From Patescibacteria group bacterium (GTDB lineage Bacteria > Patescibacteriota > Doudnabacteria > UBA920 > O2-02-FULL-48-8): 62,742 bases of DNA. The notes beneath the pieces were generated by a model that saw only the letters and a program-made list of their open reading frames with translations, had not been told where the DNA came from and made no database searches. The position numbers and the translations under genes are program-made. Where the stretch lies: the NCBI GenBank assembly GCA_036394315.1, contig DASWFI010000156.1:1-62742 (forward strand). Direction: 5' to 3'. Each line of letters starts with the position of its first letter. Position 1 is the first letter of the stretch. Below are positions 44,907 to 57,732 of this stretch, piece by piece.

Positions 44907-46283
44907 TTATTTCAAATAATTTTGAAGATTTTTTTCGTTCGTGATTTTACCTAATACAATTTGGACTTTGATATCTTGAATTTTATCGCCCAGCTGTTTG
45001 CCAGGCTTCAGCTTGCTATATTTCATAATCACGCTCCCACGCGCCAGTTTAGAGATCAAGGGACTTTTAGTTTTTAGATTTTTCAGCAATAACCCAGCGG
45101 CTGTGACTGACTTTCGAAATTTTTTTGAATGCTCGTCAAAATTATCAGCACGTCTGGACCCGTGATGATCCGCATTCCAGTGCTCAAGCAAGAGTCCGAA
45201 ATTAGGATTGCCTGCCAACTCCAGTTGTTTAGCCGGCTTCATTTCAAAAAATACACTTTGCAGCATGTGATTTCTTATCAGCCATTCGATAGTGCTTTTA
45301 CTTTGTCTTGAAAATTTCATTTTCGAAGCAAAATCCAAAAAAATATCAGCGGAAACATCAGCATGGCCTTTGGTGGAAAATACCCAGCCTTCAGGCTTTA
45401 GAACTTTTTTTGCAGAACGCGGCTTGCCTATGTCATGAAAAAGAAGAGCATACAGTAAATTTAGATCTGATAACTTTGGCGCTAGCTTTAAAGCCATCAG
45501 GGTGTGGGTAAACATACTTCCTTCCAAATGATAATTTTTTGACTTATGAGAAAAGTTTTTCATTGGTTCCATTTCAGGTATAATGAACCGCATCAATCCT
45601 GTTTTATCCAATAATTCTATTCCTTCAACCCGGTTTTCTGAAAACAAAATTTTATCAAGTTCCGCTTTAATTCGTTCCCCGGAGATACCTTGAATGTACT
45701 TGGCGCGGGTTTTGATGGCGGCGAAGGAATTTTTTTCCAGCTTGAATCCCAGTTGAGTGGCCAATCTAACACCTCGAAGCATGCGGAGAGCATCCTCATC
45801 GATTCGCTTTTTCGGATTACCCACGAACCTCAACAGCTTTAATTTTAAATCTTTAACCCCTTCGGTGGGATCATGAAGTTCTTTTTTGATGGGATCGAAA
45901 TATAATGCATTGATGGTAAAATCCCGCCGTCTGGCGTCCTGTTTATGATCTTTAATAAAATCAACATGATCCGGATGCCTGTTGTCCGAATATCTGCCTT
46001 CAGCCCGAAAAGTTGTGATTTCGATGGGGAAGTTATCGACAATCGCTAAAATTGAACCGAATTTTTTACCAACCGGTTTAATTTTAATCCCCTCTCCTCC
46101 TAAAATACTTTCGACTTGATCCGTTGTGGCATCAGTGGCGATATCGAGGTTGTCTGATTCTAGTTTTAATAAATTATTGCGAACAATTCCGCCAACAAAA
46201 AAAGCCGCAAATTGTTCTTGTTGCAGCAACTTGGCGACTTTCAAACCCGTGTTATATAACTTTTTTGATTGTTGTGGGCTCAT
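44907..46283 (-). CDS. cca: CCA-adding enzyme / poly(A) polymerase-family tRNA nucleotidyltransferase with HD domain
   Basis: 458-aa ORF with FFVGG.VRN, DIATDA and RRDFTINA head-domain motifs, and a C-terminal HD (LFHDIGKP). Confidence 0.85.
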   Translation of the reverse strand: MSPQQSKKLYNTGLKVAKLLQQEQFAAFFVGGIVRNNLLKLESDNLDIATDATTDQVESILGGEGIKIKPVGKKFGSILAIVDNFPIEITTFRAEGRYSDNRHPDHVDFIKDHKQDARRRDFTINALYFDPIKKELHDPTEGVKDLKLKLLRFVGNPKKRIDEDALRMLRGVRLATQLGFKLEKNSFAAIKTRAKYIQGISGERIKAELDKILFSENRVEGIELLDKTGLMRFIIPEMEPMKNFSHKSKNYHLEGSMFTHTLMALKLAPKLSDLNLLYALLFHDIGKPRSAKKVLKPEGWVFSTKGHADVSADIFLDFASKMKFSRQSKSTIEWLIRNHMLQSVFFEMKPAKQLELAGNPNFGLLLEHWNADHHGSRRADNFDEHSKKFRKSVTAAGLLLKNLKTKSPLISKLARGSVIMKYSKLKPGKQLGDKIQDIKVQIVLGKITNEKNLQNYLK

Positions 46284-46671
46284 CGCTTAATCTGCCTAGA
46301 ATTATAAGGTAAGCTGATACTGTAAGCCGTGGGAATTTTGCTTTCACACCGGAGACCGCATGGCGCAATTGAATTTCATGCAAGTGAATTTCCTCATCCG
46401 GATTGGGGAAGGCATCCCAACCGCCATATGCAGTGCAGTCTGTGTGATTTATTAAAATTATCTGCGTAATCTGGTGTTGATCAATAGAAGCCTGGATGTT
46501 CTCGAAAATCCAATCGCGTTTGGCTGTGCCATCAAAAATTTCCTTTACTCCACCGAGATCGGTTTTTAACTCTACGTTGTATAAATTGAGGGTATTTTCA
46601 AAAAAATCCTGCAGAATTTTTTGGATTCGAAAATCATCACACGCTTGAACAAAGGCTTGAGCTTGAGGCAT
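46252..46671 (-). CDS. hypothetical protein
   Basis: 139-aa ORF. The HTDCTAYGG motif is faintly carbonic-anhydrase-like. No firm call. Confidence 0.4.
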   Translation of the reverse strand: MPQAQAFVQACDDFRIQKILQDFFENTLNLYNVELKTDLGGVKEIFDGTAKRDWIFENIQASIDQHQITQIILINHTDCTAYGGWDAFPNPDEEIHLHEIQLRHAVSGVKAKFPRLTVSAYLIILGRLSDEPTTIKKVI

Positions 46672-46680
46672 ATTTATTTA

Positions 46681-47130
46681 CTAATTATTATCCACTTTGG
46701 TACCTTTATGACTATGATGTTTGCGCGCAACTTTCAGCCGGATCAGATGTTTCTGGAAGGCAGCTGAGGCATCGGCATAAGTTTTCTGGTCGCTGTAAGA
46801 TTCGGTCATCAGCTTTCTGGCGGATTCACGGGCTTTTTCAGCACGCTCCATATCAATTTCATGGCCAAACTCTGCCGTATCAGCCAGGATCACCACTTCG
46901 GTGGAATTTTTGCCACCTTTACCAGACCTGACTTCGATTACTCCGCCAGAAACTGCGAAAAAATTGCTTTTACCGCTTTGTTTGTACTTAACTTCCCCCG
47001 CTGCCATCTGCGCCACCAATGGCGTATGGTGCGGCAAAATCGTAATCTCGCCGCTGGTCGTAGGCAAGGTCAAAGCATCAGCTTCGGTTTCAAGCACTAT
47101 TCTTTCTGGTGTAACAATTTTGAATTTCAT
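46681..47130 (-). CDS. atpC: ATP synthase F1 epsilon subunit
   Basis: MKFKIVTPE..V.E..A..L.LPT..GE..ILP.H.P is canonical epsilon. The ATG at 47130 is preferred over the TTG at 47157, which would overlap atpD. Confidence 0.85.
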   Translation of the reverse strand: MKFKIVTPERIVLETEADALTLPTTSGEITILPHHTPLVAQMAAGEVKYKQSGKSNFFAVSGGVIEVRSGKGGKNSTEVVILADTAEFGHEIDMERAEKARESARKLMTESYSDQKTYADASAAFQKHLIRLKVARKHHSHKGTKVDNN

Positions 47131-47143
47131 AGTATAAGATTGA

Positions 47144-49410
<2,267 letters not shown>

Positions 49411-49413
49411 GGG

Positions 49414-50934
49414 TTAGGATGCTCCTTTGTCCCGTCGGGGACTGCCATAACTTTTTTTGAACTCTTCGATTGCTTTCTTGAGCGAAGATTCGATCTCTTC
49501 GGTCAATTCCTTTTTCTCCGCAATCGCTTTTATCAAATCTTTTTTCTGAACATCCAGGTATTTATGAAATTTATCTTCCCAATCTTTCACATCTTCTACT
49601 GCTACATCATCCAGATATCCATTGATCGCAGGGTATAAAATCACGACTTGATGTTCCATGGACATCGGTTCGTATTGTTTTTGCTTCAGGATTTCCGTGA
49701 GGCGCAGGCCCCGGTCAATTCGAGCCTTGGTTTGTGGATCCAAATCCGAAGCGAATTGGGCGAACGCAGCGAGGGCGCGGAACTGGGCCAGGTCCAGACG
49801 CAATTTACCCGCGACTTTTTTGATAGCCTTGGTTTGAGCCGAAGAGCCTACGCGTGACACAGACAATCCCACATTCACAGCCGGCCGGATACCCTGGTAG
49901 AACAAATCGGTTTCCACGTAAATCTGGCCGTCAGTAATGGAAATCACGTTGGTTGGAATATACGCTGACATGTCTCCGGCTTGCGTTTCGATAATCGGCA
50001 ACGCAGTCAGGGAGCCGCCGCCGTTTTTATCACTCATCTTGGCGGCGCGTTCCAGCAATCTGGAATGGAGATAAAATACGTCGCCTGGATAAGCTTCGCG
50101 TCCGGGAGGTCTTCGAAGCAACAATGAAATTTCACGATAGGCTACAGCGTGTTTGGATAAATCATCGTAAATAATCAAAGCGTGCTTGCCTTTATCCATA
50201 AAGTATTCACCCATGGCAGCTCCGGCGAAGGGCGCTATGTAAGCAAGCGCTGCTGGATCCGAGGCTCCAGCCACAACCACTATCGTATGTTCCATGGCGT
50301 CTCGTTTTTGTAATTCAGCCACGATGCGCGCTACTTTGGATTCTTTCTGGCCGATCGCCACATAAATACAGATTACATCCTTGCCTTTCTGGTTGACTAT
50401 GGTATCCACGGCAATGGCAGTTTTGCCGGTTTGGCGGTCCCCAATAATCAATTCACGCTGGCCTCTGCCGATCGGGATCATGGCATCAATAGCTTTAATT
50501 CCGGTTTGCAGCGGTTCGTTGACTGACTGGCGCTCTATGACTCCGGGCGCGATTTTTTCCACCGGGTACACGGCATCAGACTTTATTTCACCTTTATTAT
50601 CCAGGGGCTGACCTAAGGGATCTACCACCCGGCCCACTAAACCCATGCCTACCGGTACCGAGAGAATTTTGCCTGTAGCGGTGACTTTGTCGCCCTGCTT
50701 GATGTTTGAATCCTCTCCTAGCAAAATCACGCCAATCGAATCTTGTTCCAGGTTTAGGGCAACGCCCATGACTCCGCCTGGAAATTCCAGCATTTCAGAA
50801 GCTTTCGCGTTGAGCAAACCCGCGACCTTGGCGATGCGGTCGCCGACCTGCAGCACCGTTCCCACTGTTTCCAGTTTGGCGTGCGGTTGAAAACTTTCTA
50901 TCCGACTTTTGAGTTGTGAAATTATATCTGCCAT
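49414..50934 (-). CDS. atpA: ATP synthase F1 alpha subunit
   Basis: 506-aa ORF with GDRQTGKT and canonical alpha motifs. Confidence 0.97.
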   Translation of the reverse strand: MADIISQLKSRIESFQPHAKLETVGTVLQVGDRIAKVAGLLNAKASEMLEFPGGVMGVALNLEQDSIGVILLGEDSNIKQGDKVTATGKILSVPVGMGLVGRVVDPLGQPLDNKGEIKSDAVYPVEKIAPGVIERQSVNEPLQTGIKAIDAMIPIGRGQRELIIGDRQTGKTAIAVDTIVNQKGKDVICIYVAIGQKESKVARIVAELQKRDAMEHTIVVVAGASDPAALAYIAPFAGAAMGEYFMDKGKHALIIYDDLSKHAVAYREISLLLRRPPGREAYPGDVFYLHSRLLERAAKMSDKNGGGSLTALPIIETQAGDMSAYIPTNVISITDGQIYVETDLFYQGIRPAVNVGLSVSRVGSSAQTKAIKKVAGKLRLDLAQFRALAAFAQFASDLDPQTKARIDRGLRLTEILKQKQYEPMSMEHQVVILYPAINGYLDDVAVEDVKDWEDKFHKYLDVQKKDLIKAIAEKKELTEEIESSLKKAIEEFKKSYGSPRRDKGAS

Positions 50935-50935
50935 A

Positions 50936-51334
50936 TTATTTAATTAAATCTTTCTTTAATTGCTCTAAACTGTTTTTCACTGAAGCGTCCAGCATCTGAT
51001 CTTCCATTCTGACTATCACGCCGCCGATAATCCGTTCGTCTATTTTTTTCTTGAGTTCCAAATTTCCTTTGGCTAGTTTATTCAGCTCATGGATTATCTG
51101 CTGGTCATTTTCCCTGGTCGTCGGGTGCGCGGTAATGATTTCCGCCTGCTTGATTCCTTTTTTCGCCAGCTCGAGCTTATGAAATTCTTCCGCTATCTGA
51201 TCAAACAATCTTACGTCGTTATTTTCTGCCAGTACTTTTATGAAATTATCCAAAACTTGCTCTTGATCCTTAGGAGTCGTGCTTTCGAGCGATTCCATTA
51301 AAGCCTGGGCGTATTGTTTTGCCGAATATTTCAT
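50936..51334 (-). CDS. atpH: ATP synthase F1 delta subunit (short form)
   Basis: 132-aa OSCP-like ORF. The position between atpF and atpA fits, and the C-terminal GG.IVR..D...D.S motif is present. Confidence 0.75.
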   Translation of the reverse strand: MKYSAKQYAQALMESLESTTPKDQEQVLDNFIKVLAENNDVRLFDQIAEEFHKLELAKKGIKQAEIITAHPTTRENDQQIIHELNKLAKGNLELKKKIDERIIGGVIVRMEDQMLDASVKNSLEQLKKDLIK

Positions 51335-51894
51335 TTGACCCCTTTCAAGCTTTCATTTATCAATTCACGATCTTTCTTTTCATCCAGCTTCTGGCGTAAA
51401 ATCTTTTCGGAAGCGGTGACTACCAGCGTGGCAATTTCCTGTTTAACCTCTTTCAGCATCTGGTTTTTTTCGCTTTCTATGTTTGCTTTGGCCTGATCCA
51501 GCACTTTATTTGCCTGGTGTTGCGCTTCGACTATGGTTTCCTGCTTGATCTTGTTCGCTGTATCAGTCGTAGTGCGTAAAATATGATCCGCTTCGTTTCG
51601 AACTTTTTTCATCTCCGCTATCTTCCATTCTTCGAATTTCTTTTTTTCAGCTTCCGTGAGCTCCGCGTTCTTCAGTCCCTCTTCAATACGTTCCTGGCGC
51701 TTGGTCAGGGTGGTGCCCAAAGGCTTCACAATCCAACGCCAAAAAACGAAAAGCACGATGCCGAAATTGACCAATTGGGCCAGGAATAACTTCCAATTAA
51801 TGCCTAATGTGCCTAAAACGCCTCCTGGCGCCTGGTGAGCTGCTGATTGTGTGGCTGCCTCTGTCGCAGCCATGAATATTGAATGTATGTCCAT
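51331..51894 (-). CDS. atpF: ATP synthase Fo subunit b
   Basis: 187-aa ORF with one TM helix and a long charged helix. The operon position fits. Confidence 0.85.
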   Translation of the reverse strand: MDIHSIFMAATEAATQSAAHQAPGGVLGTLGINWKLFLAQLVNFGIVLFVFWRWIVKPLGTTLTKRQERIEEGLKNAELTEAEKKKFEEWKIAEMKKVRNEADHILRTTTDTANKIKQETIVEAQHQANKVLDQAKANIESEKNQMLKEVKQEIATLVVTASEKILRQKLDEKKDRELINESLKGVK

Positions 51895-51959
51895 AATAAA
51901 TTAGTGATTAGTGAACAGCGCTTAGCGTATAGCAAAGTCTATACGCTACACGCTATACG

Positions 51960-52178
51960 CTATAAAATAAATGTAATAACCAGGGCGTAAATCGCGATAG
52001 CTTCAGCCAGACCCATGCCGATCAACATCGGCACAAACAAGCTGTCGGCAGATTCCGGATTGCGTCCGATTGATTCCATGGCCTTGGATCCAATTTTTCC
52101 TATGGCCAAAGCAGGACCAATTCCGCCGATTGCGATTGCAAATCCCTTAGAAAGAGTTGCGATCATTATTTCAGTCAT
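51960..52178 (-). CDS. atpE: ATP synthase Fo subunit c
   Basis: 72-aa two-helix hairpin with the R.PE loop and the conserved carboxylate in GLAEAIAIY. Confidence 0.9.
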   Translation of the reverse strand: MTEIMIATLSKGFAIAIGGIGPALAIGKIGSKAMESIGRNPESADSLFVPMLIGMGLAEAIAIYALVITFIL

Positions 52179-52287
52179 AATTACTCCGTTCTTGCTGGAC
52201 TGTGTTTTTAGTTTAAAGTCCGCAAGTTCTTTAAGAGTTAAGAAACAGAAACCTACTTCGACTCGTAAGTTTCTCTAGGCTAAACTC

Positions 52288-53118
52288 TTATTGGGCCACT
52301 ATTGGCTCGTGCGCACGTTCATCGTGCCCATGTACCGGAGTGGTGGCGATAGTCAAATAAGTCAGAGTTAACAGCGAAAAAACTGTCGCCTGGATGATCC
52401 CGACCAGGATTTCCAGAAAGATAAACGGTAACGGAATCCCATACGCGATCAGACTGGCAATAACTGTCAGTAAAATTTCTCCGGCGAAAATATTGCCGAA
52501 TAACCGGAAGGATAACGATGCAATTTTTGCCGCTTCCAAAAAAGTTTCAATAATCCCAATGGCAAATTCTATTACAGCGGCGAAAATATGAAATCCGCCT
52601 TTCTTAAAAGACGCAATCAAATCACCAATCTTAATATATTTGTTGGCGTACTTGAAAAAACCAACAGCAAAAATACCCAATACATGCGAAGTCACAACAG
52701 CAAATAACGACATGGCCAAAGTCATATTTAAATCCGCATTCGCCGGGCGAAACAGAGGTACCAGCTCTGTCTCTCCATGGACTGGAAGCCACCGGCCTAT
52801 GGATCCGGTTCCTGGAATCAGTCCCATCCAGTTAGAAACAAGTATAAACAAAAATAATCCGCCGACAATTGGCAGAAATTTTAACGATTTTTTGCGGTCC
52901 TTAGTCACTTTATCGACGTAACCTAAAATAAATTCCAATACTCCTTCGGCAAAATTTTGAAGTTTGTCTGGAATTAAGGCTGTTTTTTTTCGCAATACCA
53001 AGCCTGCGATTATGAAGAACAATACTGCTATAGTCGAATTTATGTATGCATTGGTTACCGGAAAACTTTTGATATGAAAGATTGGTTCAGCCACCAGAGG
53101 TGGCAGTGTAAATATCAT
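52288..53118 (-). CDS. atpB: ATP synthase Fo subunit a
   Basis: Conserved LS.RLFGN..AG motif. The ATG at 53118 overlaps the upstream TGA (ATGA). The track start at 53232 adds an implausible hydrophilic extension. Confidence 0.9.
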   Translation of the reverse strand: MIFTLPPLVAEPIFHIKSFPVTNAYINSTIAVLFFIIAGLVLRKKTALIPDKLQNFAEGVLEFILGYVDKVTKDRKKSLKFLPIVGGLFLFILVSNWMGLIPGTGSIGRWLPVHGETELVPLFRPANADLNMTLAMSLFAVVTSHVLGIFAVGFFKYANKYIKIGDLIASFKKGGFHIFAAVIEFAIGIIETFLEAAKIASLSFRLFGNIFAGEILLTVIASLIAYGIPLPFIFLEILVGIIQATVFSLLTLTYLTIATTPVHGHDERAHEPIVAQ

Positions 53119-53348
53119 TTTATGTATCCTTTTAATTTCTGAATCAACCACACGGTGGTCATAAATATCGCCAGTCCGATCGCGATCAGAGTCATCCAGG
53201 GAAAAGCATGATGCCAATGTTTGTCTCCCCATTTGCCCAAAAGCCCCAAAACCACCAAAGGAAGCGCGATTATGTAGCCTAACTCAAAGCTCAGGCTTAC
53301 CATAGTGGCCTTGTCGAGTTTATTTGACTTTTGAGTGGGCGTTTCCAT
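53115..53348 (-). CDS. AtpZ/AtpI-like small membrane protein of the ATP synthase operon
   Basis: 77-aa form from METPTQ.. with two TM helices. It is the first gene of the atp operon. Confidence 0.5.
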   Translation of the reverse strand: METPTQKSNKLDKATMVSLSFELGYIIALPLVVLGLLGKWGDKHWHHAFPWMTLIAIGLAIFMTTVWLIQKLKGYIK

Positions 53349-53515
53349 AATGAGCGCGTAAAGTATAATAAAAAATCGCCCTTTTGGCAATAGTGGCAAA
53401 AAACAGGGGTATTGACATTTAAGATTTTTAAGGGCAATTAAGGATTCAAAGCAGTCGTTTAAATAATTCCCGGTTACCGTCTACTCATGCGAATTATGTT
53501 TTTTAGTCTATTTTT

Positions 53516-54250
53516 TTATACCCCAACTTTTTGCATTATATCAGGGTTCAACCCCTTAGCCTTAACTTGTTCCCAGGTGGAAAGATAAAAAGAAAGATCA
53601 GAATTCTCTTCGAGCATTCTTAGGATAAATTTATTCAGGTACTTTTTAGATCTTTCATCTGGGCATATCAGGATAATGGAAGGAAAGGGTTTGGGATTAT
53701 GGTCCTGCCAATGGTTCTCTTCGTAGTATTCAAAGTACTGTCTGATTCTTCTTCTTAATATCATCCGGGCAGGTAATTCATCAATGATATCTAAAAAGTA
53801 AGGTTTTTCATCAATGGAAAAATAGGCATCAGGAACAGGAAGAATCATATGGTCCATGCCCGTAAGCATGGTTTTGGTATAGAAACGAAGGTTCCCTGAA
53901 CCTTTGAGAGAAACATAGATATCAGCTAATAATAAGCAGTGTTTACGGAATTGAGCAGATAACCCAGGTTCCCTCCATATTCTATTAAGTAACAATGGGT
54001 TAATATCCTTAAACTCTGGATTATCCTTTAGATACTTCCTGCTTTTAATCCCTAAGGAATATATAGCTGGTATTGTTACTGTCTTTGAGTTATAGAAGCG
54101 TCTGATGTATCCTGATTGAACTAAGTTGTTTAAAGTAACCCTGTTAAATTGTTTCTGATTGAGTAGTGTCTGGATGTGCTTTCTGGTTAAGTACCGGAAG
54201 GTATATAGATGTAGTAGTATCTGGTTCTGTTTATTCATAGTAGTTTTCAC
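53516..54250 (-). CDS. replication-relaxation family protein (plasmid/ICE-associated)
   Basis: 244-aa ORF. The N-terminal winged-helix-like ILLHLYTFRYLTRKHIQTLL ... L..SGYIRR ... IYSLG pattern is typical of the family as I recall it. Confidence 0.55.
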   Translation of the reverse strand: MKTTMNKQNQILLHLYTFRYLTRKHIQTLLNQKQFNRVTLNNLVQSGYIRRFYNSKTVTIPAIYSLGIKSRKYLKDNPEFKDINPLLLNRIWREPGLSAQFRKHCLLLADIYVSLKGSGNLRFYTKTMLTGMDHMILPVPDAYFSIDEKPYFLDIIDELPARMILRRRIRQYFEYYEENHWQDHNPKPFPSIILICPDERSKKYLNKFILRMLEENSDLSFYLSTWEQVKAKGLNPDIMQKVGV

Positions 54251-54331
54251 TAACCTCTCTTTATATATAAAGAGTAGGGAGGTAGTGATTTTTTGAGATT
54301 CAGGCTTATTTAAGCCATAGATCAGACCTTG

Positions 54332-54357
54332 AAAATACCAACGCGTTGGTATTTTTT
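54332..54357. terminator. bidirectional terminator
   Basis: Perfect palindrome AAAATACCAACGCGTTGGTATTTT, with the T-run extending to 54357. Confidence 0.65.
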
Positions 54358-54498
54358 AGAGAGTCTTCATACCTTTAGAATTGCCTGGTTTCTCTATTTC
54401 TATTTTTTTACCAAAAATCGTTATACCCAACAAAAATGAGAATGAAGGTAAAAAAAGATCCAAAAACGACCTGAATTAAGGAGCGTTATCCCTTTGCT

Positions 54499-55032
54499 CT
54501 AATGCTCACAATTCTCAATCATGGTCTTTGTAACAAAAACAGTTTCAGAGCAATTTATAGCCAAGGCCTTACTGACTGTTGTTTTTTCAAAAGCTACATA
54601 GACAACCTTTTTTCCTGCAGCAATAGCTGTCTCAATCGCGGGTAGAATATCGCTATCCGATGAAATGACGTAGCAGCAATCATATTCATTTTTTAAAGCT
54701 CCCCGGACGATATCTGTGGCGATTCTGACGTCAACGCCTTTTTCGTGGAATATGCCTTGGTTCTTGAGCATGAATCCTTTTTTAACCACAATCCCCTGTT
54801 GCTGAAGAGTATGGAATAATGCTTGCTGTCCGGAGTATAAATGTTGATTCTTAGTATCTGAATTAGGATGAACCTTAACCTCGCCCACGCAATATTCAAT
54901 ATCGTTTTCTGTGCTGTCGGTAATAGTTTCAACCAGCTTTTTATAATTGTAATTAGTCAAATGAATACTCGAGGCTAATTTCTTAGCTTTGTGATAAAAA
55001 TTGCTGCCATCTATGATAACTAAATTTTTCAT
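54499..55032 (-). CDS. NYN-domain (LabA-like) protein
   Basis: 177-aa ORF with LVIIDGSNFYH, GVDVRIATD and ISSDSDILPAI. Confidence 0.75.
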   Translation of the reverse strand: MKNLVIIDGSNFYHKAKKLASSIHLTNYNYKKLVETITDSTENDIEYCVGEVKVHPNSDTKNQHLYSGQQALFHTLQQQGIVVKKGFMLKNQGIFHEKGVDVRIATDIVRGALKNEYDCCYVISSDSDILPAIETAIAAGKKVVYVAFEKTTVSKALAINCSETVFVTKTMIENCEH

Positions 55033-55272
55033 TGGTTTTTTAAGTATTTAAAAGCCCCTAGATCCTGTTACAGAGCTAGGGGGTGGTTAGCAATTTATTT
55101 CCAGTACTTACCTGTCTAGCTTAACTGAATTATATGCCTTTCCGCCGTATCTAGTAGTAATATATATTCATTTAACTCATTTGTCAAGCCGATTCTATTG
55201 ATGTTTGATTGCCTATTTATTATTAGTATCGCATTAGCAAGGGTATCTTAAATATAATACTGTAAATAAATT

Positions 55273-55596
55273 TTAATCGAGCTCAGATTCATTCAAGTTT
55301 AATACTTTCAACAATGATTCATCTAATCGAGGCTGATCCCAACCATCTGTTCCCCACTCGTTTAAAATTGATATCAGTTGTTTTCTTTGTTTTCTATTTG
55401 AGGGATTGAACATAACCTGTAAAAAAGTATAAATTTTATTCGACACTTCCTTGTTAAATTTCATCATTTCTTCATCTGAGATTTTTCCTGCAACATGATA
55501 ATCTTCAATGATAGTTCTCCTTACACAATGTATCGCCATCATTAAAGCCATTGTTTTGAAGTGATCGTTGTAAATTTTATCAGGGATTTTCTTCAT
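55273..55596 (-). CDS. hypothetical protein downstream of and overlapping istB
   Basis: 107-aa ORF whose ATG overlaps the istB stop (4-nt overlap). No recognisable motif. Confidence 0.45.
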   Translation of the reverse strand: MKKIPDKIYNDHFKTMALMMAIHCVRRTIIEDYHVAGKISDEEMMKFNKEVSNKIYTFLQVMFNPSNRKQRKQLISILNEWGTDGWDQPRLDESLLKVLNLNESELD

Positions 55597-56432
55597 GTTT
55601 TTTGCACCACTTTTTTCTTATCAGATTTATTAAATGCTATTTCTCTGTGACGCCAAGATTTTCCTTTAATTGAAACAAAGACTGCATTGGCAACTAATCT
55701 ATCAATTGCTGCTGCTGCCCGTATTTTATTTTCGAAGATGTCAGTCCATTTATCAAAGCCTTCATTGGTTGACCAAATTATGCTTTTTTGAGCCTCATTT
55801 CTTCTGTGAATTATTTGAAATAATAATTCGGCAACCTCAGTATTCACTTTGCTGTAAGATAATTCATCTATAATCAAAAGTGGTATCTTAACGTAGGAAT
55901 TTATAAGGTTGTTTCTGTTTTTACCTCCTCCTTGTTCTTTATCTTTGGCGATTACGTTTGCAATTGCTTCGGTTAACCTATCAATGGTTACGAATTTCGT
56001 CTCGTAGCTATTGTTTATAGCTTCCATACCTAAAGCAATTGATAAGTGAGTTTTGCCAACACCAGGTGGACCCAAGAAAAGAACATTTATTCCCTCTTTG
56101 ATCCATGAGCATTCAGCCAGTTTTAAAACTTTTTCTTTTTCTATAAATTCCGGAAAGTTAAAATCATAATCCTCTACGCGTTTTGTCCAGGGAAATTTTG
56201 CTTGTTTGGTCCACCTTTCTATACGCGTGTCTTCTTTACCACTAAAATCTTCATCAATCAAATATTCTAATCCATCAAGAAACGATAGTTTTTTCTCAAT
56301 AATTATTTTATTTATGGCACTTAGAGCACGAGCGGCTCCATCTAACTCCAAAAGCTTCAATGCTTTTTTGAGCTTCTCTTCTTGCGAGTTCCCTTCTTCA
56401 AATCCGTAACGTGTTATCTTGTTTCTTCCCAT
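55593..56432 (-). CDS. istB: IS21-family helper ATPase IstB
   Basis: 279-aa ORF with Walker A GPPGVGKTH and Walker B LLIIDELSY, immediately after istA. Confidence 0.9.
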   Translation of the reverse strand: MGRNKITRYGFEEGNSQEEKLKKALKLLELDGAARALSAINKIIIEKKLSFLDGLEYLIDEDFSGKEDTRIERWTKQAKFPWTKRVEDYDFNFPEFIEKEKVLKLAECSWIKEGINVLFLGPPGVGKTHLSIALGMEAINNSYETKFVTIDRLTEAIANVIAKDKEQGGGKNRNNLINSYVKIPLLIIDELSYSKVNTEVAELLFQIIHRRNEAQKSIIWSTNEGFDKWTDIFENKIRAAAAIDRLVANAVFVSIKGKSWRHREIAFNKSDKKKVVQKT

Positions 56433-56436
56433 AGAT

Positions 56437-57681
56437 TTATTGATTAAAAAATTGATTGTAATACTCTAAGTCTCTTTCTTGAACCTCAACCAAACGACCT
56501 TCTGCTACTTTTTTTTGATTAGTCTGCTTGCTAGGTAAGGTCTCAGGCAAAATCCATTCCCCTCTCTTTTTTGCTAAATTATGTTCCATAATTTTCTTTC
56601 CCTTAAAATAAAAGTATAATTTATTCACTCCACTTACTATCTTCTCTACAACATCGATCTTTTTTCGAGCGTATAGCGGAGGCACTCCATAAGCACTCAA
56701 CTTATATGTGACCATTGAATTTTGAGACGCCCTCCGGGATGAACGGATATTATTTTCATATATTGGGTAATCTTTTGTAAAGAAAAGATTACCCTTCTCT
56801 TCCATCCATCTTTCGATTGGTTTTTCATGTGTTGTGGCATGTACACGCACATTGGCAACATTGTCGATCCATAACCATAATTTTTGATTCAATTCATCAA
56901 TTGATTTGAAAGTTTTGTTAAATTTCTCGCCTTTGATAAAATCGCTCTTAATGTACTTCACGGTTGATTCGATCTTTCCTTTGGATTGCGGATAATATGG
57001 TGGGCAAGCTTCAGGCTCAAATTTGTAATACTTCGCAAAATTCAAGAATTCAAAATTGTAATTTATATACACTTTATCATTAACCTTTTTTCTCGAAGTA
57101 ACCACTGTTTTCATATTGTCATACCTAATTTTCTTGGGCACCCCGAGTTTATTAAAAGCGTGGATATGGCACCTTTGCAAGACCAACTGTTTTTGACTAG
57201 TTACGAATTCAGCATAAATTATTCTGCTATAAGCTAGCTGGTAAGCAAAAACGTATAGGTTAAATTTTTGTCCATCTATAATAATCTTTCCAAAATGCCC
57301 CCAGTCCACCTGAGCTTGTTCCGCTGGAGCTGTTTCGACTCTTTGATAAAGTTGTTTTCTAACTTTCTTCTGAATAACTTTATCCCTGACCAAGCTATTT
57401 ACTAGAGAATAACTGGCTTGGCAACCGTTTTCTGTTAATTTTCTGTGAATTTTTACTGAATTAAATACCCCTCTTTTTATCTCCGCTTCTATCAAATTAA
57501 CAAATGGTGCTAATTTCGAAGGATAATTGCTATCTGTGGGCAATTTCGAATTTAAATTCGAAATAGCTTTGTATTTATAAACCGTTGCTAAGGAAATTCC
57601 CAATATTTCAGAGATTTGTTTTATATTATAATCAAAGCCAATTAAATCTTTGATCTTGTTTATTTCCTGAATCTTTAACAT
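56437..57681 (-). CDS. istA: IS21-family transposase IstA
   Basis: 414-aa ORF with an N-terminal HTH and a DDE core, including QVDWGHF.....G......FAYQLAYSR. Confidence 0.9.
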   Translation of the reverse strand: MLKIQEINKIKDLIGFDYNIKQISEILGISLATVYKYKAISNLNSKLPTDSNYPSKLAPFVNLIEAEIKRGVFNSVKIHRKLTENGCQASYSLVNSLVRDKVIQKKVRKQLYQRVETAPAEQAQVDWGHFGKIIIDGQKFNLYVFAYQLAYSRIIYAEFVTSQKQLVLQRCHIHAFNKLGVPKKIRYDNMKTVVTSRKKVNDKVYINYNFEFLNFAKYYKFEPEACPPYYPQSKGKIESTVKYIKSDFIKGEKFNKTFKSIDELNQKLWLWIDNVANVRVHATTHEKPIERWMEEKGNLFFTKDYPIYENNIRSSRRASQNSMVTYKLSAYGVPPLYARKKIDVVEKIVSGVNKLYFYFKGKKIMEHNLAKKRGEWILPETLPSKQTNQKKVAEGRLVEVQERDLEYYNQFFNQ

Positions 57682-57732
57682 ACTAAAAATATATCCGAAA
57701 ATAAGAATAAATTCAAATAAATTCGTATTTAG

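Noticed and set aside
55040-55272. Candidate right inverted repeat of the IS21 element (TGT-initiated sequences at about 55066, 55111, 55183, 55261)
   Set aside because: None shares more than the first 3-6 nt with the TGTTAATTTTAC terminus. The right end is therefore left unresolved rather than assigned.
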